Position numbers and translations under genes: made by a program | Source of the DNA: Pseudobdellovibrionaceae bacterium | GTDB lineage: Bacteria > Bdellovibrionota > Bdellovibrionia > Bdellovibrionales > Bdellovibrionaceae | Direction of reading: 5' to 3' | DNA: 48,905 nucleotides | NCBI GenBank assembly: GCA_044359815.1 | Contig: JBIKLL010000015.1 | Coordinates: 1 to 48,905, forward strand | Notes under the pieces: model-generated | The model's database searches: none | Told to the model about the DNA's origin: nothing | The model's input: the letters and a program-made list of their open reading frames with translations, nothing else | Shown: piece after piece, positions 8,314-17,184 of the stretch | Position numbering within the stretch: position 1 is the stretch's first letter | Layout: every line of letters starts with the position of its first letter

Positions 8314-8432
8314 CTCCTAAAATAACTTATGACTTTGTTGAACTTCGGCGGCGCTTCCTTGCGACGTGGCGGTAACCACGCCTCAGTCGCTTGCCTCGTT
8401 CGCCTCGTCATAAGCTATTTTAGGAGTTGGTT
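8308..8432. mobile_element. 125-bp MITE-like element with 26-bp terminal inverted repeats
   Basis: AACCAACTCCTAAAATAACTTATGAC (8308-8333) vs GTCATAAGCTATTTTAGGAGTTGGTT (8407-8432), one mismatch. GC-rich internal hairpin GCGAC-GTGG...CCAC...GTCGC. Confidence 0.75.
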
Positions 8433-8484
8433 CTTGCTGAGGGTTGTTTTGAATCTTTGTGCTTGGGGTTTTTGTCGGAGCCCC

Positions 8485-8629
8485 GCTCATAACCCGAAGT
8501 TGTGCCGGCGGCAAAATGTGACTGTGACTTTGCCTGTGGCACATTTTGATGACGAGCATGGAACGAAGGCGAAAGGGCTTGGCCCTTTTGCCTGAGAGAC
8601 GTCGGCGAAACGCCGACTGGTTCTAATCC
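8485..8629 (+). repeat. tRNA-fMet fragment plus three-hairpin insert (copy 2)
   Basis: 8486-8570 is identical to 520-604 (85 nt). The remainder differs in loop and linker positions and ends GGTTCTAATCC, without the acceptor end. Confidence 0.92.
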
Positions 8630-8661
8630 CACAAAAAGACAGAAAAATATTTGGCTTTAGT

Positions 8662-8696
8662 AAAAAAAAAAAGGCCGCACTTTATGCGACCTTTTT
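8662..8696. terminator. Rho-independent terminator
   Basis: A-tract, GGCCGCA/TGCGACC stem and T-tract, downstream of the minus-strand gene ending at 8731. Confidence 0.65.
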
Positions 8697-8730
8697 CATC
8701 TGTTGTCGAATTTAATATGGAATTTAGTTT

Positions 8731-9648
8731 CTAATTTGCATTTACAGTACAAGCTTCAGCGGCAACGTCAAAACTTTTTTCTTGTGCCAGAAGATCGTCA
8801 ATGCACTTTGATTTCAATTTTACTCTATCTGCTCCACCTGTTAAACATGCTTGACTCGCAAGAAGTCCCAACTGTACCGCATCTTCTTCATCCACGCTTT
8901 TACGCATCTCTGGTGAATTAGTAATCTCACTAATGTATAAAATGTTTTTCGAAACACTTTTAATGCAAGCAGGTAGCTTATTCAGCTCTACTGCTATTTC
9001 ATTTGAAATTTTCTGTTTTTTAACGCTGTTACGTACTTTATAAGTTCCATTTAAGTCCAAAGCTTCAAGGACTCCAAACCTATTACTGATAAATATATTG
9101 TTAATCGAGCTGGATCCATCAGGATCACAAATCTTCTGCCTTGCAAGCCGAATAATCTCTAGATGAAACTCAAGACCACCCGACTTCGAATAAGGCAAGA
9201 CAGGATAGATTTTAGTTTTTTCTTCTGACCACACAATACCTTTTACGTTTACTTTGGCTGAAAAGGTTGTACTACCTAGTACATTCAAACAATCAACTAC
9301 CTTAGAATTATAAAATCTAGCAAAACTGCGAAGATTTTCAGAGGTACTACAAAGCACTATCGGTGAATACACTTGAATCTTGTTATGAAGTTCAGGATCC
9401 GTTTCGCGATATTGATTTAAATCAATAAATTTGTTTAAGTTTCTTGTACAAGACAAGACTTCCGTCACTCTTTCGATGTCATATGCATTTTGTGCACAGA
9501 CCAGAGCAGCAGATTCTACCGAACGACCTAGTCCATTATTATCCTTCATAGTCGAGAATTTTTGAATACATTCTGCTTTTTGTTTGGCTGATTGCGCGAA
9601 ACTCAATTGCGCAGCTAAAGTAAACCCAATTATTAAAATCAATTTCAC
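8731..9648 (-). CDS. Hypothetical secreted Cys-containing protein
   Basis: Long ORF. Likely GTG start at 9648 after an AAGGAG RBS, with a signal peptide ending SFA. Confidence 0.75.
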   Translation of the reverse strand: MKLILIIGFTLAAQLSFAQSAKQKAECIQKFSTMKDNNGLGRSVESAALVCAQNAYDIERVTEVLSCTRNLNKFIDLNQYRETDPELHNKIQVYSPIVLCSTSENLRSFARFYNSKVVDCLNVLGSTTFSAKVNVKGIVWSEEKTKIYPVLPYSKSGGLEFHLEIIRLARQKICDPDGSSSINNIFISNRFGVLEALDLNGTYKVRNSVKKQKISNEIAVELNKLPACIKSVSKNILYISEITNSPEMRKSVDEEDAVQLGLLASQACLTGGADRVKLKSKCIDDLLAQEKSFDVAAEACTVNAN

Positions 9649-9751
9649 AAAAAAACTCCTTTTTAGATTAGTGGCGAAATTTACTATGCAATCAGATGCC
9701 AGCCATATTTTAATCAATAGTTGTCTAAAAAAGATTCGAACTTTAATAAAA

Positions 9752-9775
9752 AAGGTAAGGTAAGGTAAGGTAAGG
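9752..9775. repeat. Pentanucleotide microsatellite (AAGGT)4 AAGG
   Basis: Read directly from the sequence. Confidence 0.85.
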
Positions 9776-9889
9776 CTTTTTTAATAATCCGACTAATAAA
9801 TCTGCACCCTGACTAAAAACGGCACCTAATCAACCCCTCAGTTCTGCATATTTTAACTAAATGGCAGACGAACCGTCTATCAGGGAAAC

Positions 9890-9972
9890 CCCGAAGTTGT
9901 GCCGGCGGCAAAATGTGCCAGTGGCACATTTTGATGACGAGCATGGAACGAAGGCTACAAAAAACCTGGCTC
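9890..9972 (+). repeat. 5' part of the tRNA-fragment/hairpin element (copy 3)
   Basis: CCCGAAGTTGTGCCGGCGGCAAAATGTGCCAGTGGCACATTTTGATGACGAGCATGGAACGAAGGC matches copies 1 and 2 with a shorter hairpin-1 loop, then ends at TGGCTC. Confidence 0.88.
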
Positions 9973-10023
9973 CCGCGCTAGCGATATAAGTAATCAAACA
10001 AACTACTTTGCAACTTTCCAAAT

Positions 10024-10797
10024 TTATTGTGCGACCCAACCGCCATCAACAGCCATTGAATGACCCGTGATAAACGAAGCTCCGTCTGAACATAGCCAAA
10101 GAGCGGCCTCTGCAATTTCAGCTGGTTGACCAACTCTACCGATGGGTTCACCTTCAACAAGTTGTTTTCTGATTTGAGCTTCCCCGTGAACAAATCGATC
10201 GATCATAGGTGTTTCTATAACTCCGGGACAAACTGCATTCACTCGAATATTGGACTTCGCACATTCGAGAGCCGCCGTTTTTGTCAGACCAATGACCCCG
10301 TGTTTACTTGCGACATAAGCGGGAATTCCAGGAAATCCGATCAGTCCTGCGATGGACGAACAATTGACAATAGCACCATGTCCTTGTTTTAGCATTTGGG
10401 GAATCTGGTACTTCATGCAGAGCCAAACGCCCTTCAAATTGGTATTGATAACCCGATCCCAGTTTTCCTCCGAGCAATCCACGGTAAAGGCTTGCTCGCC
10501 TTCGACGCCAGCGTTGTTGAAGGCATAGTCCAGACCTCCAAAGCGTTTGACCGTATCCTGGATTGCGGTTTTGACTTCAGCACTACTAGAAATATCGCAT
10601 TTTATAAAATGAGCTCTCCCTCCGGCTTCTTGAACCATATGGGCTGTTTGAGCGCCCGCATCAGCATTTACGTCTACAACGACTACCTGAGCTTTATTTC
10701 TTCCGAAAGCCAAAGCTGTTGCGCGACCAATACCCGTCGCAGCCCCAGTAATAAAAGCAACTTTCTGAGCAAAGTTGTACGTAGCTTGATTCTCCAT
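10024..10797 (-). CDS. Classical short-chain dehydrogenase/reductase (SDR)
   Basis: TGAATGIG, NNAG, YVASK, VNAVCPG and VDGG motifs. Confidence 0.95.
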   Translation of the reverse strand: MENQATYNFAQKVAFITGAATGIGRATALAFGRNKAQVVVVDVNADAGAQTAHMVQEAGGRAHFIKCDISSSAEVKTAIQDTVKRFGGLDYAFNNAGVEGEQAFTVDCSEENWDRVINTNLKGVWLCMKYQIPQMLKQGHGAIVNCSSIAGLIGFPGIPAYVASKHGVIGLTKTAALECAKSNIRVNAVCPGVIETPMIDRFVHGEAQIRKQLVEGEPIGRVGQPAEIAEAALWLCSDGASFITGHSMAVDGGWVAQ

Positions 10798-11056
10798 ATT
10801 TTCCTCCGTTATTGTATGACAATGAGTGGTGCAGGCACCCTTTTCATCATCGTGATAGTTTCAATTTTAGACAAAAATCCCGGTGGGCTACGATAGGCCA
10901 AGACCAGTAAGTCGTAAACAAGATATTTCTAATTAGGATATCTTAAGAAATTTTTAACCTAGTGAACCGAATAATTAAACCCATCACTTCAATTATTTTC
11001 TTTTTACAACTATTTGACAGACACTTTTTAACTTCCTAGCCTATTAATCTAAAAAA

Positions 11057-11671
11057 ATGGGAGCAATTATGAATATGTTAATTTTATTTGTGTCTGTATT
11101 TGGATATCAATTCACTTTTGCAAATGTTCAATTGCTGGCGCTAAATCCTGATTCAATAGAACAACTAGCAAGTCCACTTTCAAATGATAGTGTTTATGGA
11201 AATTTGGAGAATTTATACAAAACCGGGACATCAGCTAGCGAGCAAACTACGAGCGGATGGTGGACTGGAAGGTGCTATTATTCTGGCAGTCGATCAGTTG
11301 CTCGAAATTCACTACTTGTTGGTGAGAAAAGACGTGATTCAAACAATGACGGTCCGATTAATCCACCAAAAGATAAATTTAAATTGATTAGCGTTTTTGC
11401 TGAATACGAAGCCCCTGATGCTTTTGATAATATTTCAGAGGGATTTCGCCGTGAAATAAGTAGCTTTATAGACAGCACATTCCCCTCGATAGGCGAAGCA
11501 AGGCACACGGAAAACAGCTTTGCTAGCGACAATTTGAACGCTAAAGTTCAATACAGAATCAGAATTTCAGGGAACTACCTCGTCAACAAAGTTGTAATAA
11601 CAGAAAATCAAGATAGCTTTAAAGCTGGAGATACTTTTGGCTACTGCTATTACTTTAAAAAAGTTCAATAG
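11057..11671 (+). CDS. Hypothetical secreted protein
   Basis: 204-aa ORF with signal peptide, GWWTGRC motif and C-terminal YCYYF. Confidence 0.75.
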   Translation: MGAIMNMLILFVSVFGYQFTFANVQLLALNPDSIEQLASPLSNDSVYGNLENLYKTGTSASEQTTSGWWTGRCYYSGSRSVARNSLLVGEKRRDSNNDGPINPPKDKFKLISVFAEYEAPDAFDNISEGFRREISSFIDSTFPSIGEARHTENSFASDNLNAKVQYRIRISGNYLVNKVVITENQDSFKAGDTFGYCYYFKKVQ

Positions 11672-11746
11672 GCTTGCAGTGATTTTTTAAATTAAAAATA
11701 ACCGCTTTGATTTAAACAAAACAGACTTCATAATAAGGGGGAAAAA

Positions 11747-12025
11747 ATGAAATTCTTAATAGCAGTGCTATTGCTTTTAAATACGGTATCCGCATTTGGT
11801 ACTAACTGCAGAGTATTTGATAATAATCCACAAAGTTGTATTGCAAATGATTGCTTGATTGCAACAATCGGAAAATGCACCCCCACAGCAAACAGCTCTT
11901 ATCCTGACAGATGCAATGATACAAAGTATGATGAGTTCACTTGTCGACATTATGCTGACTTTGGCTGGTGCAAATGGTCTGTGGAAGAGAGCTATTGTCT
12001 AGACAGAAAGATCTGCAAACAGTAA
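11747..12025 (+). CDS. Small secreted Cys-rich protein
   Basis: AAGGGGG RBS, signal peptide MKFLIAVLLLLNTVSAFG and 9 Cys in the mature part. Confidence 0.75.
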   Translation: MKFLIAVLLLLNTVSAFGTNCRVFDNNPQSCIANDCLIATIGKCTPTANSSYPDRCNDTKYDEFTCRHYADFGWCKWSVEESYCLDRKICKQ

Positions 12026-12029
12026 TAAA

Positions 12030-12053
12030 TGGCTCGCCGACTGGTTCGAATCC
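12030..12053 (+). repeat. 3' part of the tRNA-fragment/hairpin element (copy 4)
   Basis: TGGCTCGCCGACTGGTTCGAATCC matches 641-663 of copy 1 (hairpin-3 loop and right arm plus tRNA T-loop). Confidence 0.8.
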
Positions 12054-12089
12054 ACTTGAACTCTTTAATTGGTAAGTTAACATTTTATC

Positions 12090-13169
12090 ATGAAATTTTG
12101 CCTGATTCTTTTAATAGTATTTGTCAGTTCTTGCGCTACTCATAAAGTCCAAAATTCTGTGATTGATTGCCGGTTGCAATACGCCAATGAAGACGTGCTA
12201 GAACAATTGGATTCTTTTTCGGAATTATTTCAGCAAAAATGTTTTAATGAAGCAATTCAATTGGGAAAGCAAATTCGCAAAAACTACCGGGATAAATATT
12301 TTTCGGTCACAAAAGAAATCGGTGAAGTTTTCGTGGGGGAAGGCGCTTTCAATGACTATACCCTTGAATCCTATGAAAGATCCTATTTGTCGTACCTGAT
12401 GGCCATTGGATATTTGAATTTAGGTGAAATTGAAAATGCGAAAATTGAGCTCAGAAAATCAGCCGAAGAAAATTCTGCAGTGCTTTACAATTATGGGGAT
12501 GACCCTGTAATCCTGGTTTTACAGGCAACTCTTTGGGAAAAATTAAATCATCCTGCCGAAGCCAGGCCTTTTTGGCGAAAAGCTTTTGAACATCCAAACG
12601 CTGAGCCTTCTTTAAAAAGCTTTTGTAAAACCCAGATTGACCGTATCGATAGGAAAGAAAAAGTGAACTGGAAAATCCGGGGTGTTTCTGACTTTCCACC
12701 GATCGATTGGGAAATCTCAGGCAAAAAAATGAACGAATCCTATTACAGCATTTATGCAAAAAATGAATTTCCCCAAGTTTGTAAAAGCAATGACAGTTTA
12801 GTCATCAACACAGAAACTTGGATGAACAAAATTAAAATCCGACATTTTTATGACTACCACCCTGTTTTAAATGTGAAAACTTGGACTCGAATGCCTGTGG
12901 GTTTGGCTTATGGTGCAGGATTATTTGCCAGCGGTGTGGCTGTAACTGTGGGCACTTGTTTTGCGGCGGCCTATGCACATGCCAGTAACCTGTGCCAATA
13001 TTCCCACAAAGCCGGTAGCTATTTTGTAAATAAATCTGAAGAAGTCTTTCAATACACCGTAGCCCCTGATCTAAGACACTGGAAGCGAGTGCCCGCAGGG
13101 TTTTACCTATCAAGCCAAGCAAACTCTAAAGAATGTGACAAATACGGTGTTGTGACCGATATTTTTTGA
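12090..13169 (+). CDS. Lipoprotein with helical TPR-like region (COG3014-like)
   Basis: Lipobox VSSC and Y..ESYE...L.Y..A..YL..G..E.A.IE.R pattern. Confidence 0.65.
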   Translation: MKFCLILLIVFVSSCATHKVQNSVIDCRLQYANEDVLEQLDSFSELFQQKCFNEAIQLGKQIRKNYRDKYFSVTKEIGEVFVGEGAFNDYTLESYERSYLSYLMAIGYLNLGEIENAKIELRKSAEENSAVLYNYGDDPVILVLQATLWEKLNHPAEARPFWRKAFEHPNAEPSLKSFCKTQIDRIDRKEKVNWKIRGVSDFPPIDWEISGKKMNESYYSIYAKNEFPQVCKSNDSLVINTETWMNKIKIRHFYDYHPVLNVKTWTRMPVGLAYGAGLFASGVAVTVGTCFAAAYAHASNLCQYSHKAGSYFVNKSEEVFQYTVAPDLRHWKRVPAGFYLSSQANSKECDKYGVVTDIF

Positions 13170-13280
13170 TTTACAGAAGACCATTTTAATACCCTGATCC
13201 GAAATGAAAATCTCATTTATGCGTGAAAAACAAAAATAACAGACCTTAAACAGATCAAGGTATTTATAAAAATCAAGAAC

Positions 13281-13694
13281 CTATTTTTTATTGCTTACAC
13301 ATTTGTAATTTACATTCGCGCCAATCAAACCAGTACTGGCTGCTTTAAACAAAACCGTTGCTGTCTTTAGGTCTGCATTTACCAGAATGATTGCATCTTC
13401 ATTCGCACAGGAAACTGGGTAGAATTTTGCGTTACCAATCCTGGCTACATCGCCTAATGCGCATTCAAATTTATTGTCTAAACCTTCAATGGAAACATTG
13501 GCGACCATGGTGCCATCGTCATTAATATTTTCAGATTTTCTGTCAGTGCTAAACTGAATCAAAAATACCGGCATCACACCGTCACCTGGTTGCGCCAAAA
13601 CATTTGCAGAACATTTAAGGTCAGCCTTTACCACTGTCGCTGCCTGGGCTACTGAAAAACCGATCAAACCAAAAATCACTAATAATGCTTTCAT
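13281..13694 (-). CDS. Hypothetical secreted protein
   Basis: GGAGG RBS, signal peptide ending AQA and 4 Cys. Confidence 0.8.
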   Translation of the reverse strand: MKALLVIFGLIGFSVAQAATVVKADLKCSANVLAQPGDGVMPVFLIQFSTDRKSENINDDGTMVANVSIEGLDNKFECALGDVARIGNAKFYPVSCANEDAIILVNADLKTATVLFKAASTGLIGANVNYKCVSNKK

Positions 13695-13900
13695 AGAAAC
13701 CTCCGCTACAGCCTTGTACTATAGAAAACGATTTTCGCAAGAACCCGCGTTGACACTTATGCTTAGTAAGCGTCAATACGGATTTGAATTGCAAAGGCCA
13801 TAGTCAGCTCCTGTCCTTGACAGATTATTTAATAAAATATTCAGGCTGGTGACACCTACGCTTATTGTTTTTATTCAAAACAGGTTCATTAATCACAGCA

Positions 13901-14863
13901 CTAGTGATCTTTGTCAGAAAAATACTTTTTCATTTCAGGTATGGACTTTAAAAATACGGGTGGCTGAATGGCATTGAATTCTGGCAACGGCTGCCCTTTT
14001 GACAGAGCTTCCTTACAGAGTCCTTCCCATTTCATGTGCCACCGGTAAAGACAAGCCATATACATTTGCTCTAAATAGATACTAAAACTCCAAGCAAAGC
14101 CTGTATAGATAATCACACCCACCCATACCTCTGGAGGGAACTCAATAAGGGGTGGTTTGCCATCGTGTTTTGTCCCAAACAGGATACATAGAAAAACCGG
14201 TAAAAAAACCCACCCACTAGCAACCCAAGTTAAAACATAGCCAAAGGTAAATTGTTTCAATCGAGCTTTGAAAATAGCGATTCCCCTCTTCAGGGCATCT
14301 TTTGTTCCATACCCTTCCCAAGCAATCGCTGGGATCACCAAAAAAACGGCCATGCGAATTCCCTTTTGAAGGGCGTCAATTAAAACTCTGGAAAAAGAAA
14401 ACTTCTCGTACCCAGCTAGAGTTTCAGCAACCGCCTGAACAGAACGCTCATGGTCCTCTTGAGTCTCTTCACTTTTTAAGAGGGCATTGATAACTGATAA
14501 AATAAACCACAAAAATGCCCAAACTAGGGCTATGGGCAAAATCTTATAAAAACTTTCGACCAAAACTCTTTTAAATGTATCAAATAATCTAATTTCTTTT
14601 CCCTCATCGATGTCTTGAAGCATTTCAAGCAGCCACGCGCACGAAAAGCACAACGAAACTGAAAACATCACAGTCAAACCAAAGACCACTAATATGTTTT
14701 GCAGTTCTGGGTGCTGCTTCCAAAGGTAAAAAAACTTTAGATAGATCACACTGGGAGCATAGATCAACCAAGCCAAAAGCATTGGTAAAATCAAAACAGG
14801 TTTCCTTACAAAAATGGAAAACGAATTTCCAATCAATTCAAAACTATCGCTGACATCCCTCAT
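13901..14863 (-). CDS. Integral membrane protein of unknown function
   Basis: About 6 hydrophobic segments and a GGAGG RBS. Confidence 0.8.
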   Translation of the reverse strand: MRDVSDSFELIGNSFSIFVRKPVLILPMLLAWLIYAPSVIYLKFFYLWKQHPELQNILVVFGLTVMFSVSLCFSCAWLLEMLQDIDEGKEIRLFDTFKRVLVESFYKILPIALVWAFLWFILSVINALLKSEETQEDHERSVQAVAETLAGYEKFSFSRVLIDALQKGIRMAVFLVIPAIAWEGYGTKDALKRGIAIFKARLKQFTFGYVLTWVASGWVFLPVFLCILFGTKHDGKPPLIEFPPEVWVGVIIYTGFAWSFSIYLEQMYMACLYRWHMKWEGLCKEALSKGQPLPEFNAIQPPVFLKSIPEMKKYFSDKDH

Positions 14864-15054
14864 AAAACCCCTCCGAAATCCACCCGCACAAAAAACTAGT
14901 TACTGAGGTGAAATGGACCTGCCACTAAGGCCGCGGGAAATGATCTAAATAGTTCTGCTTTTACTTTTACTTTTGCTTTTGCTTTCATTGCCCTACCTCA
15001 ATGCAAACTCGCTACCACTATACCCATTTTATCAGTCACTCAAATTTTCGCAAT

Positions 15055-16008
15055 CTACGGCACTAAATAAATCAGAGCTGATGATCTGAAAAACCCTGCA
15101 GGAAATGGAGATGATGGCAGCAGCATGGCTCCGTATTCAATGGGCTCACCTACAATCGGATTTATAAAACGAGTGCCCATATACTGTTTGTGATCATTGT
15201 ATAAGGGCGTGGCGTTGGGATCCAGAGAAGACCATATATGCACGTTATCCACTATCCGATTGCCTGACAGCAAATACCCGTTGACCTCAATGTCCGTATG
15301 GCTAAACACACTAATAAAAGCTGCAATCCCTTTGCTGGTCAAAATAGCGTCGTTGTATGGAGAAGATCTGCGAATTAAATCATAGACCGCTGCTTCGCTG
15401 GTACTCAATCCCTGCCCCCAAAAACGAACGTCGAACAAAGCTCGATTAACATTTTTAAAAACCTGAATGGTCATTTTCCATTTGTTATTAGGCACTACGG
15501 TGTACCTAGTAATATAAACCGATAACTGTCCTGGTTGAATATCTTGATTAACTTTACCACCCCAAATATCAAATTCGTGAATGCCTTCTCCGTTGAAAGC
15601 CGGATTAGGGGGTGAAGCAAAATTTCGATGGATTAATGTATAAGCCGTACCTTGAGCATCCGTAATCCTAAAATCCCCAGGATAATGTTTCGCACTGACA
15701 GTTACTAAAATATAACTTCCACTGGGAATTATCTTGGTGTTCCGAGCCTCTGTGGCAGATACAATGACGCCTTCATCATATTCGACAAACTGTGGATCAG
15801 TCGGCAGCGTTGTAGTGGTAGTTGTAGTTGTTGAATCAGTAAAACCTGACGGATTCGTGGTGGTCGTATTCTGAGATGAATTGCTATCAGAAAAAACCTG
15901 GCTTCCAAAGTCAGTTGATTTTTTGCCACAGTTTTGAAATGCCAAAACAACTGCCGACATAAAAATCAAACTAAACAAAAATGTTGAGGGCTTTTTTAAT
16001 TTAATCAT
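15055..16008 (-). CDS. FQNC-type lipoprotein with Thr-rich linker
   Basis: LAFQNC lipobox variant, poly-Thr linker and beta-rich C-terminal domain. Confidence 0.8.
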   Translation of the reverse strand: MIKLKKPSTFLFSLIFMSAVVLAFQNCGKKSTDFGSQVFSDSNSSQNTTTTNPSGFTDSTTTTTTTTLPTDPQFVEYDEGVIVSATEARNTKIIPSGSYILVTVSAKHYPGDFRITDAQGTAYTLIHRNFASPPNPAFNGEGIHEFDIWGGKVNQDIQPGQLSVYITRYTVVPNNKWKMTIQVFKNVNRALFDVRFWGQGLSTSEAAVYDLIRRSSPYNDAILTSKGIAAFISVFSHTDIEVNGYLLSGNRIVDNVHIWSSLDPNATPLYNDHKQYMGTRFINPIVGEPIEYGAMLLPSSPFPAGFFRSSALIYLVP

Positions 16009-16009
16009 T

Positions 16010-17017
16010 TCAATAGTCCTGCGTTACACAATTGGTGCCATTGGCGGAACAGCGGTGTAATTTAACAGTTTTAGTTCCTATTTTACCCAAGATATTTCCA
16101 CCATACATAAATATTTCGTTCACACCTTGATCGAAGTCAGTTCTGATTAAATTAATATTTCCACCATAGACTTCAACTTTAGAAGCCGACAGCTGTCCAA
16201 GGTTTGCCACATCACCATAAATCTTCACCTGACTGTTTTGCAAATCGTATACACCGTCCAAAACATCCCCAAAAATTTCTGCCGTACTGTTATACAAAGA
16301 ACTTATTCCATCGACATTTCCCGCCACACTTAAATTGACGTACTCGTAAAAAGAATTCGAATCTTGATTTCGAGGTAGATAGGAACCTAATACCGAAACA
16401 TTCATTATTTTACCGCGAATCGGATTACTGATGCGCTCAATAACCGGAATGTTAAATCCACAAACCACTAAATTATCGGCATGGATATTCGTCACACGAT
16501 CGAGTTCACCTAAATTTGTAAAGTTCTGAATATTTCCTGCATTGAGGTTGCTGTTAATTAAATACAAACCAGAATTTTGATTACCAGAAGTTGCCATTCC
16601 AAAAAAACGAACTACAGACACAGTATTAGGTATCCAAAAATAGTGGCCAAAAGCTGATCCGGTGATTTCAATTCTTCTAAAATTAAACCCATTCACGTAA
16701 CTGTTTCCTGAAATTGTCAGAGGAAACGGCATAAATGTTCCCATCTCACTTACAGGCTCCGCAGTTGCCGTTGTCGGAGCAACAGACAATGCGCTTAAAC
16801 AATCCCGGTAAGCCTTGCTATTGGTGATAGAACCCACGTTGGAAGCCTGAGTGGTCGTGGGTGCAGAATTTGTATTGTTGTTATTGGAACCAGAACCTGT
16901 CCCCAAAGATGTTAAGTTTTCAGATTGAAAAATGGCTGTGAAGCTTGAAGGAGTGCAATTGGTGAAAGCCAATGCTAAAACCAAAATTAATCCTGAAATC
17001 CCCAAAAATCTTCGCAA
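16010..17017 (-). CDS. FTNC-type lipoprotein with possible beta-helix C-terminus
   Basis: LAFTNC, S/N/T-rich linker and repeated (V/I)-x-(I/V)-(F/Y)-G-D-V units. Confidence 0.78.
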   Translation of the reverse strand: MRRFLGISGLILVLALAFTNCTPSSFTAIFQSENLTSLGTGSGSNNNNTNSAPTTTQASNVGSITNSKAYRDCLSALSVAPTTATAEPVSEMGTFMPFPLTISGNSYVNGFNFRRIEITGSAFGHYFWIPNTVSVVRFFGMATSGNQNSGLYLINSNLNAGNIQNFTNLGELDRVTNIHADNLVVCGFNIPVIERISNPIRGKIMNVSVLGSYLPRNQDSNSFYEYVNLSVAGNVDGISSLYNSTAEIFGDVLDGVYDLQNSQVKIYGDVANLGQLSASKVEVYGGNINLIRTDFDQGVNEIFMYGGNILGKIGTKTVKLHRCSANGTNCVTQDY

Positions 17018-17184
17018 ACATCCCCCACTGAAACACTCAACTCAAATACTAATATATTATTGTATCATCGGCAGATTTTCAACACTACAGGATACCGGAC
17101 GCAGTCTCATTTTGATACAGTGTCAATTCAGTTTGGAATAAAAGCATTTTAACCCAGGGGAACAGGGTCAATTGCCAATGGGAA

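Noticed and set aside
9687..9702. Sigma-54-like TGGCATCTGATTGCA on the minus strand
   Set aside because: Spacing is GG-N9-GC, one base short of the strict requirement.
10396..10896. 166-aa plus-strand ORF
   Set aside because: Antisense shadow of the SDR gene.
520..12053. CRISPR array or group I/II intron interpretation of the repeats
   Set aside because: The repeats are >80 nt, kilobases apart and have no cas genes nearby. The insert is only ~119 nt and lacks recognisable group I or group II core elements.
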